Part shown: positions 22,925 through 30,861 of the stretch, one piece after another
How the letters are laid out: each line of letters begins with the position of its first letter
Numbering within the stretch: the stretch's first letter is position 1
Virus record (IMG/VR): IMGVR_UViG_3300036794_000064
Location: 1 to 54,185 of that record
Length of the DNA stretch: 54,185 nt
Direction: 5' to 3' (one strand)
DNA from: a virus
Taxonomy: Duplodnaviria > Caudoviricetes
Made by a program: the position numbers and the translations under genes
Notes under the pieces: model-generated
The model's database searches: none
Seen by the model: only the letters and a program-made list of their open reading frames with translations
Told to the model about the DNA's origin: nothing

Positions 22925-24801
22925 GGCGTCTCGATGTCGTGGACGGCGGCGAGATGGTGGGCGCGGGCGTCGTTGGCGAACTCCTCGGTGGTGTTCTTAC
23001 CGAGATCGCCGCACGCGGTGCAGGTGACCGTCCACTTCTTCGCCCGGCCCGGCCTGGCGATGGTGACGGCCGGGGCTTCGGCGGGCGACCCCTCCCCGCC
23101 CGTGTCCGTCGCAGCCCGGGGCGTGTCGAGGCACTCGGAGCAGAGGTCGTCCTCAACCCACGAGCAGCCGCCGTCACACGCCTCGGCGTCGGTGCAACCG
23201 CACGCCCGACACGAGCGTACGCTTGTATCGTCCCCCACCGGGCTCTCCGCGGCTGCATCTTCCGGCTGCGGGTCCTCAAGCAACTCCCGTTCGGTACCCG
23301 AGAGTGCGTAACCGTGCGCCTCGAGGTGCTGCAGGTAGAAACGGTCCGACGCCCGCCGCTCGCCGTCGACAGGGTCGTACCACGCGGACGGCATGCGCTC
23401 TTCGGCGGCGTCGAGCGCCATCGCGTAGAGCACCCGCAGTTGGGTTGCGGTCTTGTCGCCGGTCTGGCCTCGGACCCAGTCGACTCGCTGGGTGTAGCTG
23501 GCGCTCTTCTTGCCATCGTAGCTCAACCGGTCGGCGATGCGACCGGCGTTGGTGTTCGCCCGGAGCAGGAACATAGCGGCGAGGGCGATGACTTCGTGCT
23601 GCTCGGAGGGCCGCGCGGCCAGCAGCGCGTAGTCGGTCAGGCGCCGCTTGATCCAGGCGTCCCGACGGGACTTGTCTGCCTCCCGCTGGGCCCGGCGGAA
23701 CTTGGCTGCCTGCTCCGCGGCCTTCTCCTTCTCGAGCGCGGACCGTTCCTTGTCGGTGAGCTCGGTGATCGGGGTCCAGCCCTTCCCTTGGACGAAGACC
23801 TCCTTCTCGTCCTCGTCCTCAGTCGTTTCCGGATGGCGGGTCGGTTCGGTGCAACAGGCGGTCTCATAGCCGTAAGCGTCGACGTGCACGGCGTGGCACG
23901 GCTCAGTCTTGTGGGCCTTCTCGTTGAGGTCGATCGAGTGGAGTCGGCACGGCGCGTGCTCCCGGTTCCACCCAGGCTGCTTCTTCGTGACGGTCACGCC
24001 GTCCTTCTGCAGCCGGGCGATCACCTTGGCGCGCTTCTCTTCGCCCTCCTGGCGGCGGAGTGCCTGATCGATTTCGTAGTGGGCTGGCCGGCCGGACTTG
24101 AAGAGACCGGCGACGGTCTTCTCGTCCAGCTTGGCCAGTCCGATCCCGTCTTCGAGGGTGATGCCGCCGGAATCGACCGCCGCCCGGGCCACCTCCGGCA
24201 GTTTCAGGAGGGCCAACCGTTTGGAGATGACCGGCTGGCTGAACCCGAGCAGGGCGCCGATCTCCCGCTGGCTCTTGCCCAACTTGACCAGGTCCCCGAT
24301 CCCGCCGGCGAGCTCCATCGGACTGAGGTCCTTCCGGTGCAGGTTCTCGACCAGGGCGATTTCGAGGGCGCCGGCGTCGTCGACGTGGCGGTACACGCAC
24401 GGCACCCGGGTGAACCCGGCCGCCTTCACCGCGGCGAGGCGACGGTGACCGGCGAGCAGCTCGAACCGGTTCCGTCCGTCGTCACCTTTCGGGAGGGGGC
24501 GGACCACCAGCGGTTCGATCAGGCCGTGGGTCCGGATCGACTCCACCAGCCCCTCGTCGGGGGCGGTGTCCCGCCGTGGGTTGGCTGGGTTGGGCTGGAT
24601 CGAGTCGACCGGCAGGCGCAGGTTGTGCTCGTAGCTGTGCGGCGTGTCCACGATCGTCGTCGGCTGGTTCGTGCCGTTGCTCTCGGGGGCCGGAAGGCTT
24701 CCAGGATCGCCACGGCCAGGTTCGGGCGTAGTCGCTTGGGTCTGCGATGACTCCACCTCCTTGTCGGCTGCGAGCTCCTTGAGTGTTTTCGTTACCGTCA
24801 C
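22921..24801 (-). CDS. ParB/Spo0J-like protein with C-terminal Cys-rich domains
   Basis: IQPNPANPRR, ESIRTHGLIEPLVVR, LLAGHRRLAA, ALVENLHRKDLSPME, HTH SQREIGALLGFSQPVISKRL; CRACGCTD..AC..GCSWVEDDLCSEC. Confidence 0.88.
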   Translation of the reverse strand: MTVTKTLKELAADKEVESSQTQATTPEPGRGDPGSLPAPESNGTNQPTTIVDTPHSYEHNLRLPVDSIQPNPANPRRDTAPDEGLVESIRTHGLIEPLVVRPLPKGDDGRNRFELLAGHRRLAAVKAAGFTRVPCVYRHVDDAGALEIALVENLHRKDLSPMELAGGIGDLVKLGKSQREIGALLGFSQPVISKRLALLKLPEVARAAVDSGGITLEDGIGLAKLDEKTVAGLFKSGRPAHYEIDQALRRQEGEEKRAKVIARLQKDGVTVTKKQPGWNREHAPCRLHSIDLNEKAHKTEPCHAVHVDAYGYETACCTEPTRHPETTEDEDEKEVFVQGKGWTPITELTDKERSALEKEKAAEQAAKFRRAQREADKSRRDAWIKRRLTDYALLAARPSEQHEVIALAAMFLLRANTNAGRIADRLSYDGKKSASYTQRVDWVRGQTGDKTATQLRVLYAMALDAAEERMPSAWYDPVDGERRASDRFYLQHLEAHGYALSGTERELLEDPQPEDAAAESPVGDDTSVRSCRACGCTDAEACDGGCSWVEDDLCSECLDTPRAATDTGGEGSPAEAPAVTIARPGRAKKWTVTCTACGDLGKNTTEEFANDARAHHLAAVHDIETP

Positions 24802-24917
24802 CACGTCCTCCTGACCCACCGCTTCACCCGGTTGTAAATGGCGACGGCCACGACCAGCACCACCGTCTCGGCGCCGATCACCAACACGGCCATCTGCCCG
24901 TCGGTCAGGCGGCTCAC
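24798..24917 (-). CDS. Small single-TM protein (39 aa)
   Basis: MSRLTDGQMAVLVIGAETVVLVVAVAIYNRVKRWVRRTW; GTGA overlaps on both sides (not in the ORF track). Confidence 0.5.
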   Translation of the reverse strand: MSRLTDGQMAVLVIGAETVVLVVAVAIYNRVKRWVRRTW

Positions 24918-25171
24918 GACGCCACCTCCTCGGCTTCGGGCAGCTTGGCGAGCAGCCGATCAGCGGCCCGCGCCTCGTCGACCGCGGCGAGGATCCGGTT
25001 GGCGAACTGCTCGAAGAACGCAAGATCATCTAGTCGTCGTTGCCGGCACGGCTCGTCGTGTAGGGGCGCGTGTAGCGTGAGGTCGCCAAGGTGCAGCACG
25101 GCGAACCCTTCGTGTGTCGAGGTGTCGACGGGGTCGTCCGTCCCGAGAAAGACCACGGGCTCGATCCTCAT
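24914..25171 (-). CDS. Hypothetical protein
   Basis: 85-aa ORF with ATGA overlap. Confidence 0.55.
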   Translation of the reverse strand: MRIEPVVFLGTDDPVDTSTHEGFAVLHLGDLTLHAPLHDEPCRQRRLDDLAFFEQFANRILAAVDEARAADRLLAKLPEAEEVAS

Positions 25172-26463
25172 GACGCGATCGCCTTCTCGTACTCGTCGAC
25201 CGCCTTGTCCCCCGCCGCCTGCTTGGCCCGGTGGTCGTCGTTCGCTGACCGGACGGTCTCCATCGTGATGCGGCCCTCGGAGACGTCCTGGCCCATCTGG
25301 TAGGCAGTAAGGGTTTCCTGCTCGCTCAGGTCAGCGGACGACTCGGTACGACCTGACGTGGCGCAGTAGATGATGGCGTCCTGCTCGTTGTCGGTGAACT
25401 TCAAGCGGCCGAGATCGGCGTGGAGCTTCGACCCCGGTGACCTGGTCCGCCGGGCCTTCGGCTTCTCCGGGTCCGGGTCGGCAGCGGGCGCCGGTGCTGG
25501 CGTCTTGCCATCGAGCGCAGCGAGGACCTTGTTCGCATCCTCGTGGCTGGCGATCTCCGCCAACGTCTTGCCCACCACGCCGCGCGCCAACGAGTCGAGA
25601 GCGGCGGCGTCCATCCCGAGCCGGGCGGCCTTCCCCCGGATGACACGTCCGAAGGCGCTGCCGTCACCCGCCGGGGCAGGAGCGGGCGACGGGGCCGGGG
25701 CAGGTGGTGTCGTACTGGCGGTCGGCGGCGAGGCGACCGGCAGTTCCCGGCGGTCATCCGGGGCCGGGCCGATCTCGCCGCCGATGATCTCCCCCGTCAT
25801 CAGCGTGTGCGTCGTCATCGTCGGCAGCTCGATGACCGGCACCGCGAAGTTCTTTGTCTCCCCATCGCGCTTCATCGTCCGCTGCTCGATCCGCAGGCGG
25901 GCCGGGATCAAAGTCCCGTTCGCTGCGGCGGCGCGAATGATGTTGATCGTTCCCGGGATCTCCGTCGCGGCGTAGAAGCCGTGCGACTCGAAATGCCACA
26001 GCCCCACATCGGGCAGACGGGGTTGGATGACGAACAGGCGGGTGGTCGGCTTGCACGCCTTCCCCTTGCCGGCCAGCTCCAGCCGCTCGTCCACGTCGGC
26101 AGGGCAGACACACGCCGTGTCGCCGATGATCTCCGTTTGGCCGTCACAGCGCCGCTGGCACCCGCCACCGGACCACATCTCGAACCACTGCGAGAACGCC
26201 ATATCCCCGGGCGGGATGATGACCTCGATCGCCGACGCGTCGGTGAACAACTCCCACTGGCGGCCGGACGGAGCGTCGGCCCATTCCTTGACCTCCCCGC
26301 CGTACATGACCGCGGCGGCTTCGAGCAGCTCCTGCGACGGGCTGGTCATCCGCCAGGTCTCCAACTTGTTCGGGCGGGTCTTGCCGTTGGCGGCGGGCAC
26401 CTGGGAGCCCATGCGGACGCGGCCGAGACGGCGCATCGACTTCTGCAGAGTGATGATCGGCAT
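25168..26463 (-). CDS. phiC31 gp3-like (recombination-directionality-factor-like) protein
   Basis: LGRVRMG, WRMTSPS..LL..AA..YGG, WSGGGCQRRCDG, CKPTTRL, GLWHFESHGFYAATEIPG; RBS AAAGGAG. Confidence 0.75.
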   Translation of the reverse strand: MPIITLQKSMRRLGRVRMGSQVPAANGKTRPNKLETWRMTSPSQELLEAAAVMYGGEVKEWADAPSGRQWELFTDASAIEVIIPPGDMAFSQWFEMWSGGGCQRRCDGQTEIIGDTACVCPADVDERLELAGKGKACKPTTRLFVIQPRLPDVGLWHFESHGFYAATEIPGTINIIRAAAANGTLIPARLRIEQRTMKRDGETKNFAVPVIELPTMTTHTLMTGEIIGGEIGPAPDDRRELPVASPPTASTTPPAPAPSPAPAPAGDGSAFGRVIRGKAARLGMDAAALDSLARGVVGKTLAEIASHEDANKVLAALDGKTPAPAPAADPDPEKPKARRTRSPGSKLHADLGRLKFTDNEQDAIIYCATSGRTESSADLSEQETLTAYQMGQDVSEGRITMETVRSANDDHRAKQAAGDKAVDEYEKAIAS

Positions 26464-26478
26464 TCGTGTTCTCCTTTC

Positions 26479-27294
26479 TCAGTCGACGAGCGCAGCGACG
26501 TTGGTCGGGGCGCTGTCACGGGGTGGGTCTTGCGGGACGGCGACGGGGGCGAGTAGGACGCCGCGGGAGATGTCGTCGCAGAAGTCCCGGACCGCCTGGG
26601 CGTGCAGGAAGTACTCGAACGCCAGAGGTCCGGCGTCTACCGGGATCAGCTGGTATCCCCGCTCGGTGATGTGCAAAACGGCGCACCACTCCACCGGAGG
26701 CATGGGGACTTCGGCGCCGTCGGCGAGGCCGACGAACTCGGCGCTGCGGTAGGCGGACAACTGCAGGGCAACTTCGCCGTAGACGCCCTTGCCGGTCTTG
26801 TAATCGACCAGGCCGAGCCCGTCCCCCATGGCAGGGACCCGCATCAGGGCGTCGAGGGTGCCGGCGTAGCCGTGCTCCCGGTTGAACACCGACGCCTCCG
26901 CCATCTCCCACTCGGGGTGCATCTCCCCGACGAACTGCAGGAACGCCTCGCCGTACGGGCGCTGCTCGGGCGGCATGTCCTCGACGGTCACCGGCAAGCC
27001 GAGGACCCGCTTCTCCGCCCAATCGTGGATCGCGGAGCCCTGCAGGGCGGCGCCTTCCTTCTCCCGGTAAGGCGCTCGTTTGAGCCAGTCGATCTGCTCC
27101 ATCGGGTTGTCCATCCGGGTCCACACGTTGTGCTTGCCGACCGCGATCTCCGCGACCCGCTTGGCGGCCCAGTTGACAAGAGCGGGCTTGGGAATCCCGC
27201 CGCCGATGATCGTGGTCACGCTCGTGAAGGTTTCGTCCCGCCACTTGTAGGTGCGGCCCCGGGCGGTCGTGGTGGCATTGCGAGGGTTGGCCAT
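26479..27294 (-). CDS. PD-(D/E)xK exonuclease (Cas4/RecB-like phage type)
   Basis: SVTTII, KPALVNWAA, GSAIHDWAE, YAGTLD, VDYKTG, QLSAYR. Confidence 0.85.
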   Translation of the reverse strand: MANPRNATTTARGRTYKWRDETFTSVTTIIGGGIPKPALVNWAAKRVAEIAVGKHNVWTRMDNPMEQIDWLKRAPYREKEGAALQGSAIHDWAEKRVLGLPVTVEDMPPEQRPYGEAFLQFVGEMHPEWEMAEASVFNREHGYAGTLDALMRVPAMGDGLGLVDYKTGKGVYGEVALQLSAYRSAEFVGLADGAEVPMPPVEWCAVLHITERGYQLIPVDAGPLAFEYFLHAQAVRDFCDDISRGVLLAPVAVPQDPPRDSAPTNVAALVD

Positions 27295-27415
27295 CAGTCG
27301 TCGTCCTCCGATGGCAGCCACACCCGGCCACGATTCGGATCGATGATGCACGGGTCGCCGCAACCGTCCAGCCGCGGGACGGGGCGCCTGTCCTCGTCGC
27401 GCTCTTGGCGGGCCA

Positions 27416-27928
27416 TCACGCCGGCCCGAATTGCGGGTGGCGGTCGGTGAACTGCTCGAGCTGCTCGAGCAGCGTGGCCCGGCGCGTCTTGATCCAGCAC
27501 TCCTGGCCCGGCTGTAGCGGCATGCCGTCCCGGTTACGGCACCGGTGGTCCATTTCGACGCACTCCGGGTCGAACACCCAATCCGCCCCATACGAGGTGC
27601 CGCCCTCCCGGAACCCGGCCTCGGGGGGGGTGAGGCCAGGTTCGACGGGAGGTGCAGGCTCCGACGCCACCGCGGTCCGATGCGTGGGCGTCGAAGAAGT
27701 GACAGTCCTCGGCAGGTCACCTTCTAGGCGATCTACGGGCGCCGTCATGGCAGGCGACCCTTCTCCGAGTAGAGGCGGCTCGGCTAGCCGAGGACTGGCA
27801 TCAGTGAGCGGACCGGTGAACCGGGCCGCGGGCAGGCACAGGTCGACGAGCATCCAGCAGACCTCGCCGACGTCGGCGGCGAGGTCCCGGAGTCGGCTGA
27901 CCGTTTTGGGTATCGTGGTGTTGGCCAT
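27416..27928 (-). CDS. Hypothetical protein
   Basis: 170-aa ORF preceded by AAGGAGG. Confidence 0.5.
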   Translation of the reverse strand: MANTTIPKTVSRLRDLAADVGEVCWMLVDLCLPAARFTGPLTDASPRLAEPPLLGEGSPAMTAPVDRLEGDLPRTVTSSTPTHRTAVASEPAPPVEPGLTPPEAGFREGGTSYGADWVFDPECVEMDHRCRNRDGMPLQPGQECWIKTRRATLLEQLEQFTDRHPQFGPA

Positions 27929-27961
27929 CGGTTTTGAGCCCTCCTTCGGCTCGGCTGTTGG

Positions 27962-28387
27962 TTAAGCCGTCGAAGCCCGGTCGCACCCGGGCTCGGCGGC
28001 GTCCTGCTGGGAAACGTCCGACTCGCTGGTGGCTCTCTCAGGCCCTTCGGTGCGGTGACGTCGTTGTGCGTGATTCGGGCGAGTCGGAAGAACAGCGGTG
28101 AGCACCTGGTGGGCGACCGCGGCGGCGATCACCCGGGCGTCACGGTCGTCGATCAGCCGCTCCCGGTGCGATGCCATCGCCACAGGCAGCAGCTCGGGGC
28201 GCAGCGCGTCGCCGTGCAGGTACCGCTCCAGCCGCGGGCGGCTGACCAGCCAGCGGCGGCCGACCTTCCGGGCCGCGTCACCCGGGAACCGATGCTCGGA
28301 CGCCATCTTCCGGGCCCCCCGGGGCGTGTACCCGAGCAGGGCGGCCGCCTCGGGGAGGGTGAGCAGATCCGATTCCGCCGGCATCAC
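27962..28387 (-). CDS. Excisionase-like HTH protein
   Basis: LLTLPEAAALLGYTPRGARKMA..RFPG..ARKVGRRWLVSR. Confidence 0.78.
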   Translation of the reverse strand: MMPAESDLLTLPEAAALLGYTPRGARKMASEHRFPGDAARKVGRRWLVSRPRLERYLHGDALRPELLPVAMASHRERLIDDRDARVIAAAVAHQVLTAVLPTRPNHAQRRHRTEGPERATSESDVSQQDAAEPGCDRASTA

Positions 28388-28617
28388 GACCCGCCCCCAG
28401 CCTCGAGCTCGGCGTGCAACGCAGCGACCGCGTCAGCTTCCGCCGCAGTGTTCAGGGCGGCAACGATCCGTTTCCCCTCGTCGTCGTTGACCGGGCTGGT
28501 GTACGGCTCCCACGTCGCCCCGCCGTCCGTGGTGCGGATCACGTACACGCCGGTCACGACCGGAACCCCGACGAAGTTGAGAGTCCGCTGCACCAGCAGC
28601 GCATAGCGGGCGACCAT
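28384..28617 (-). CDS. Hypothetical protein
   Basis: TGATG overlap with cro; 77 aa. Confidence 0.5.
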   Translation of the reverse strand: MVARYALLVQRTLNFVGVPVVTGVYVIRTTDGGATWEPYTSPVNDDEGKRIVAALNTAAEADAVAALHAELEAGGGS

Positions 28618-28847
28618 CAGGAGGCCTTCTCCGAGTCGACCGTTGACGGGTCGCGGGCCAGCGCTGCCACGGGGACGCCGAGGGCGTCGGCCAGTTTGCG
28701 CATCGTCTGGGGCCGGACCTTGACGTCACGGCCGCCTTCGATCTCGCAGATGTAGGAGATCGACACGCCCGAGACGGCCGCGAGATCTTTCAGGCCGTAG
28801 CCGTTCAGTTCTCGGATGGCCTTGAGGGTGACCCCGTTGATCTGCAC
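28617..28847 (-). CDS. cro: Cro-like XRE HTH regulator (probably leaderless, GTG start)
   Basis: LKAIRELNGYGLKDLAAVSGVSISYICEIEGG...MRKLADALGV; divergent from the repressor. Confidence 0.85.
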   Translation of the reverse strand: MQINGVTLKAIRELNGYGLKDLAAVSGVSISYICEIEGGRDVKVRPQTMRKLADALGVPVAALARDPSTVDSEKAS

Positions 28848-28854
28848 ATCACGA

Positions 28855-28883
28855 ACGATAACGAATGAGAGCGAATCTGTCAA
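28855..28883 (-). promoter_or_regulatory. Early lytic promoter with an operator in its spacer
   Basis: TTGACA (28883-28878), 17 nt, TATCGT (28860-28855), 7 nt, GTG; spacer contains TTCGCTCTCATTCG. Confidence 0.8.
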
Positions 28884-29007
28884 TCTTTTCGTGAAGGTTC
28901 GTCATATCCGCAGGTCATCGGCACATTCCGCAGGTGAACTACAACGATGACGTTTAGGGTTTTTTCGCTCTCATTCGCTTCCGGTCGCTAGATTTCGCTG
29001 TGATTCG
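28862..29007. promoter_or_regulatory. Three putative repressor operators
   Basis: CGAATGAGAGCGAA at 28862-28875, its exact reverse complement at 28964-28977, and a 12/14 variant TTCGCTGTGATTCG at 28994-29007. Confidence 0.75.
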
Positions 29008-29024
29008 TTGAGATAATCGGACGC

Positions 29025-29438
29025 ATGGTCAACGAACCATCCTCGTTTGTCGTCCTCTTCGTGAAGGCCCGGCTCATCGAGATGCGCCAGTACGGCAACC
29101 TCACCCGCCTCGCCAACGAAAGCGGCATCTCTGACGCCACCTGGCGCCGGCTCCTCAACGGCGGCACCCCCAAACGCGAGAACAAACGGATCGCCATATG
29201 CGACTACCTCGGATGGACGGCCAACAGCCTCGACCTACTCGAGCGCGGCGAAGAACCGGTCAGCGTCCTTGCACCGAATGCAGCACCGGGCCCAGCGTCA
29301 GAGGAGACTCTCGATCTCCTGGAGGAAATGATGGGCACCCTGCGGCGCTGGACGGAGCGGGTAGAGGCGGCAGTAGCCGAAGAGGTGGGCCGAGCTCGCG
29401 GCGACGAAGCTGGACGAGTTGGGCGAGACAACTCGTGA
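29025..29438 (+). CDS. Immunity repressor (XRE HTH), probably leaderless
   Basis: LTRLANESGISDATWRRLLNG...AICDYLGW; GATAAT -10 box ends 7 nt before the ATG. Confidence 0.75.
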   Translation: MVNEPSSFVVLFVKARLIEMRQYGNLTRLANESGISDATWRRLLNGGTPKRENKRIAICDYLGWTANSLDLLERGEEPVSVLAPNAAPGPASEETLDLLEEMMGTLRRWTERVEAAVAEEVGRARGDEAGRVGRDNS

Positions 29439-29729
29439 GACGCTCCTGCAGCTCGGCGATTTCGCTCGTGATGCGCAGGTACCGCTCGGTCCGGTCCTCC
29501 AGCCCCTTCTCCATCCCCGACTCCCGTTCTACTCACGCCCGACAGGACCGGCCCGAGGTCTGGGAGCCGCCGCCGTCGCCGACCGTACACCCAGAGTGGG
29601 ACGCCAACCACTGTCCATCTTCCGGTTCTGCAGAAATAGCCCGTCTGGACTACCTGGGTTCCCCGATCAGGGGACCTGCTACTGGTAGCAACTGGTCGCA
29701 CCCCGTAGCGTCCGGTTACACCTTGTGCC

Positions 29730-29948
29730 ATGACGCGCAGGAGACGCCCCGTCCTGTCAGCGGCCCTCAGCGAGGAGGCCTACGCCGGCTTCGAGCGGTT
29801 CTCCGCCGAGCACGCCATCACCATCACGGCGACCGTCGAGGCCCTCGGCCTGATCCTCTTAGCCGGCCTTCCGGCGCGGGTCGTGGCCGAGATCGAGCAC
29901 ATCGGCCACCAGGTCGACATCGAACGGCGGTCACGACGACGGCAGTGA
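29730..29948 (+). CDS. Small ribbon-helix-helix-like protein
   Basis: RRPVLSAALSEEAYAGFERFSAEHAITITATVEALG. Confidence 0.55.
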   Translation: MTRRRRPVLSAALSEEAYAGFERFSAEHAITITATVEALGLILLAGLPARVVAEIEHIGHQVDIERRSRRRQ

Positions 29949-30337
29949 TCCTCGGCGTGTCGCTCTGCGCCGGTTGCGGGAGTTCCAAAGCGGCCATCCC
30001 GCCTGCGCCGACCCATATCCTGAACGGGACCATGGCGCTAGCCGCGGACGGGACCGGAACGGCCGGGGATCCGTGCGCCGGCTCGGGTGGCTATTCGGAC
30101 ATCACCCCCGGGGCCCAGGTTGCCGTCGCCGACCAGGCCGGAACGGTCCTCGCTGTCGGGCAGCTCGACGGCGGCCGCTCCGACGGCCGCTATGGCTGCG
30201 ACTTCGACTTCGCCATCCCCGGCGTGGGTCCGGCGACCGTCTACGAGGTGACCGTGTCGCACCGCGGCGCCGTCGACTTCACTATCGCCCAGATGGAGGC
30301 CGACAGTTGGATGGTCCAGTTGTCGCTCGGGTCATGA
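29945..30337 (+). CDS. Putative lipoprotein
   Basis: Lipobox-like LCAG-C; CAGSGGYSDI...CDFDF..YEVTVSHRG; GTGA overlap. Confidence 0.65.
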   Translation: MILGVSLCAGCGSSKAAIPPAPTHILNGTMALAADGTGTAGDPCAGSGGYSDITPGAQVAVADQAGTVLAVGQLDGGRSDGRYGCDFDFAIPGVGPATVYEVTVSHRGAVDFTIAQMEADSWMVQLSLGS

Positions 30338-30540
30338 TCTTGGTCTATCTGTTGGTCTATATGCGCGCCAGGTCGGGACGCTCGACCACTTCCGGAAGGC
30401 CGCATCGTGGCTGCTCAGAGGGTCTTTACGGGTCGCAGCGGTCCGCCCAGTTCCCCGCTTGGTCGTAATCCCGCCTACAGACCGACTCACCGTCACACAC
30501 GATCTACCAGGACTTTAGTGCTATGATTCTCTCTATGGGA
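30335..30540. other. Putative attP with arm-type integrase sites
   Basis: TTGGTCTAT direct repeats at 30340 and 30352 (12-bp period); degenerate CTAT pair at 30521 and 30533 with the same period; non-coding, near int. Confidence 0.55.
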
Positions 30541-30591
30541 TTCCAAAGGGATTTCAGAATCGACCGGGCGGCGCGAGAGAGGATGAATCCA

Positions 30592-30861
30592 ATGACTGGC
30601 TTTTGGGCTGAGGATCAGGACCAAGCCGATCTGCCTCCTCACCTACGAGATGATGCACCAGAGGCGACGTGTGGCCGCTGCGGCCGTACGACCTGGGACC
30701 CCGAGATGTTCGGTCAAGAGGACCGCATGACCCAACCCGATGGCTTCCCCTGCGGAGGTCGCTTCTCTGATCCGAAGACAGACGGCGTCGATTTGGGGGA
30801 CATGGACGTATTCCGCATGGCTCAAATCAGCCAAGAATCTCAGACAGACCTCGACGCGTGA
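30592..30861 (+). CDS. Small CxxC protein, paralog of 18160..18372, coupled to the integrase
   Basis: WAEDQDQADLPPHLRDDAPEATCGRCGRTTWDP...; stop overlaps the int GTG. Confidence 0.75.
   Translation: MTGFWAEDQDQADLPPHLRDDAPEATCGRCGRTTWDPEMFGQEDRMTQPDGFPCGGRFSDPKTDGVDLGDMDVFRMAQISQESQTDLDA

Noticed and set aside
26479-27294. Cas4 of a CRISPR system
   Set aside because: No array or other cas genes and no Fe-S cysteine cluster; the context is phage recombination
30440-30500. tRNA gene near the integrase
   Set aside because: GGTCGTAATCCCGCC only loosely resembles a T-arm and no cloverleaf could be built
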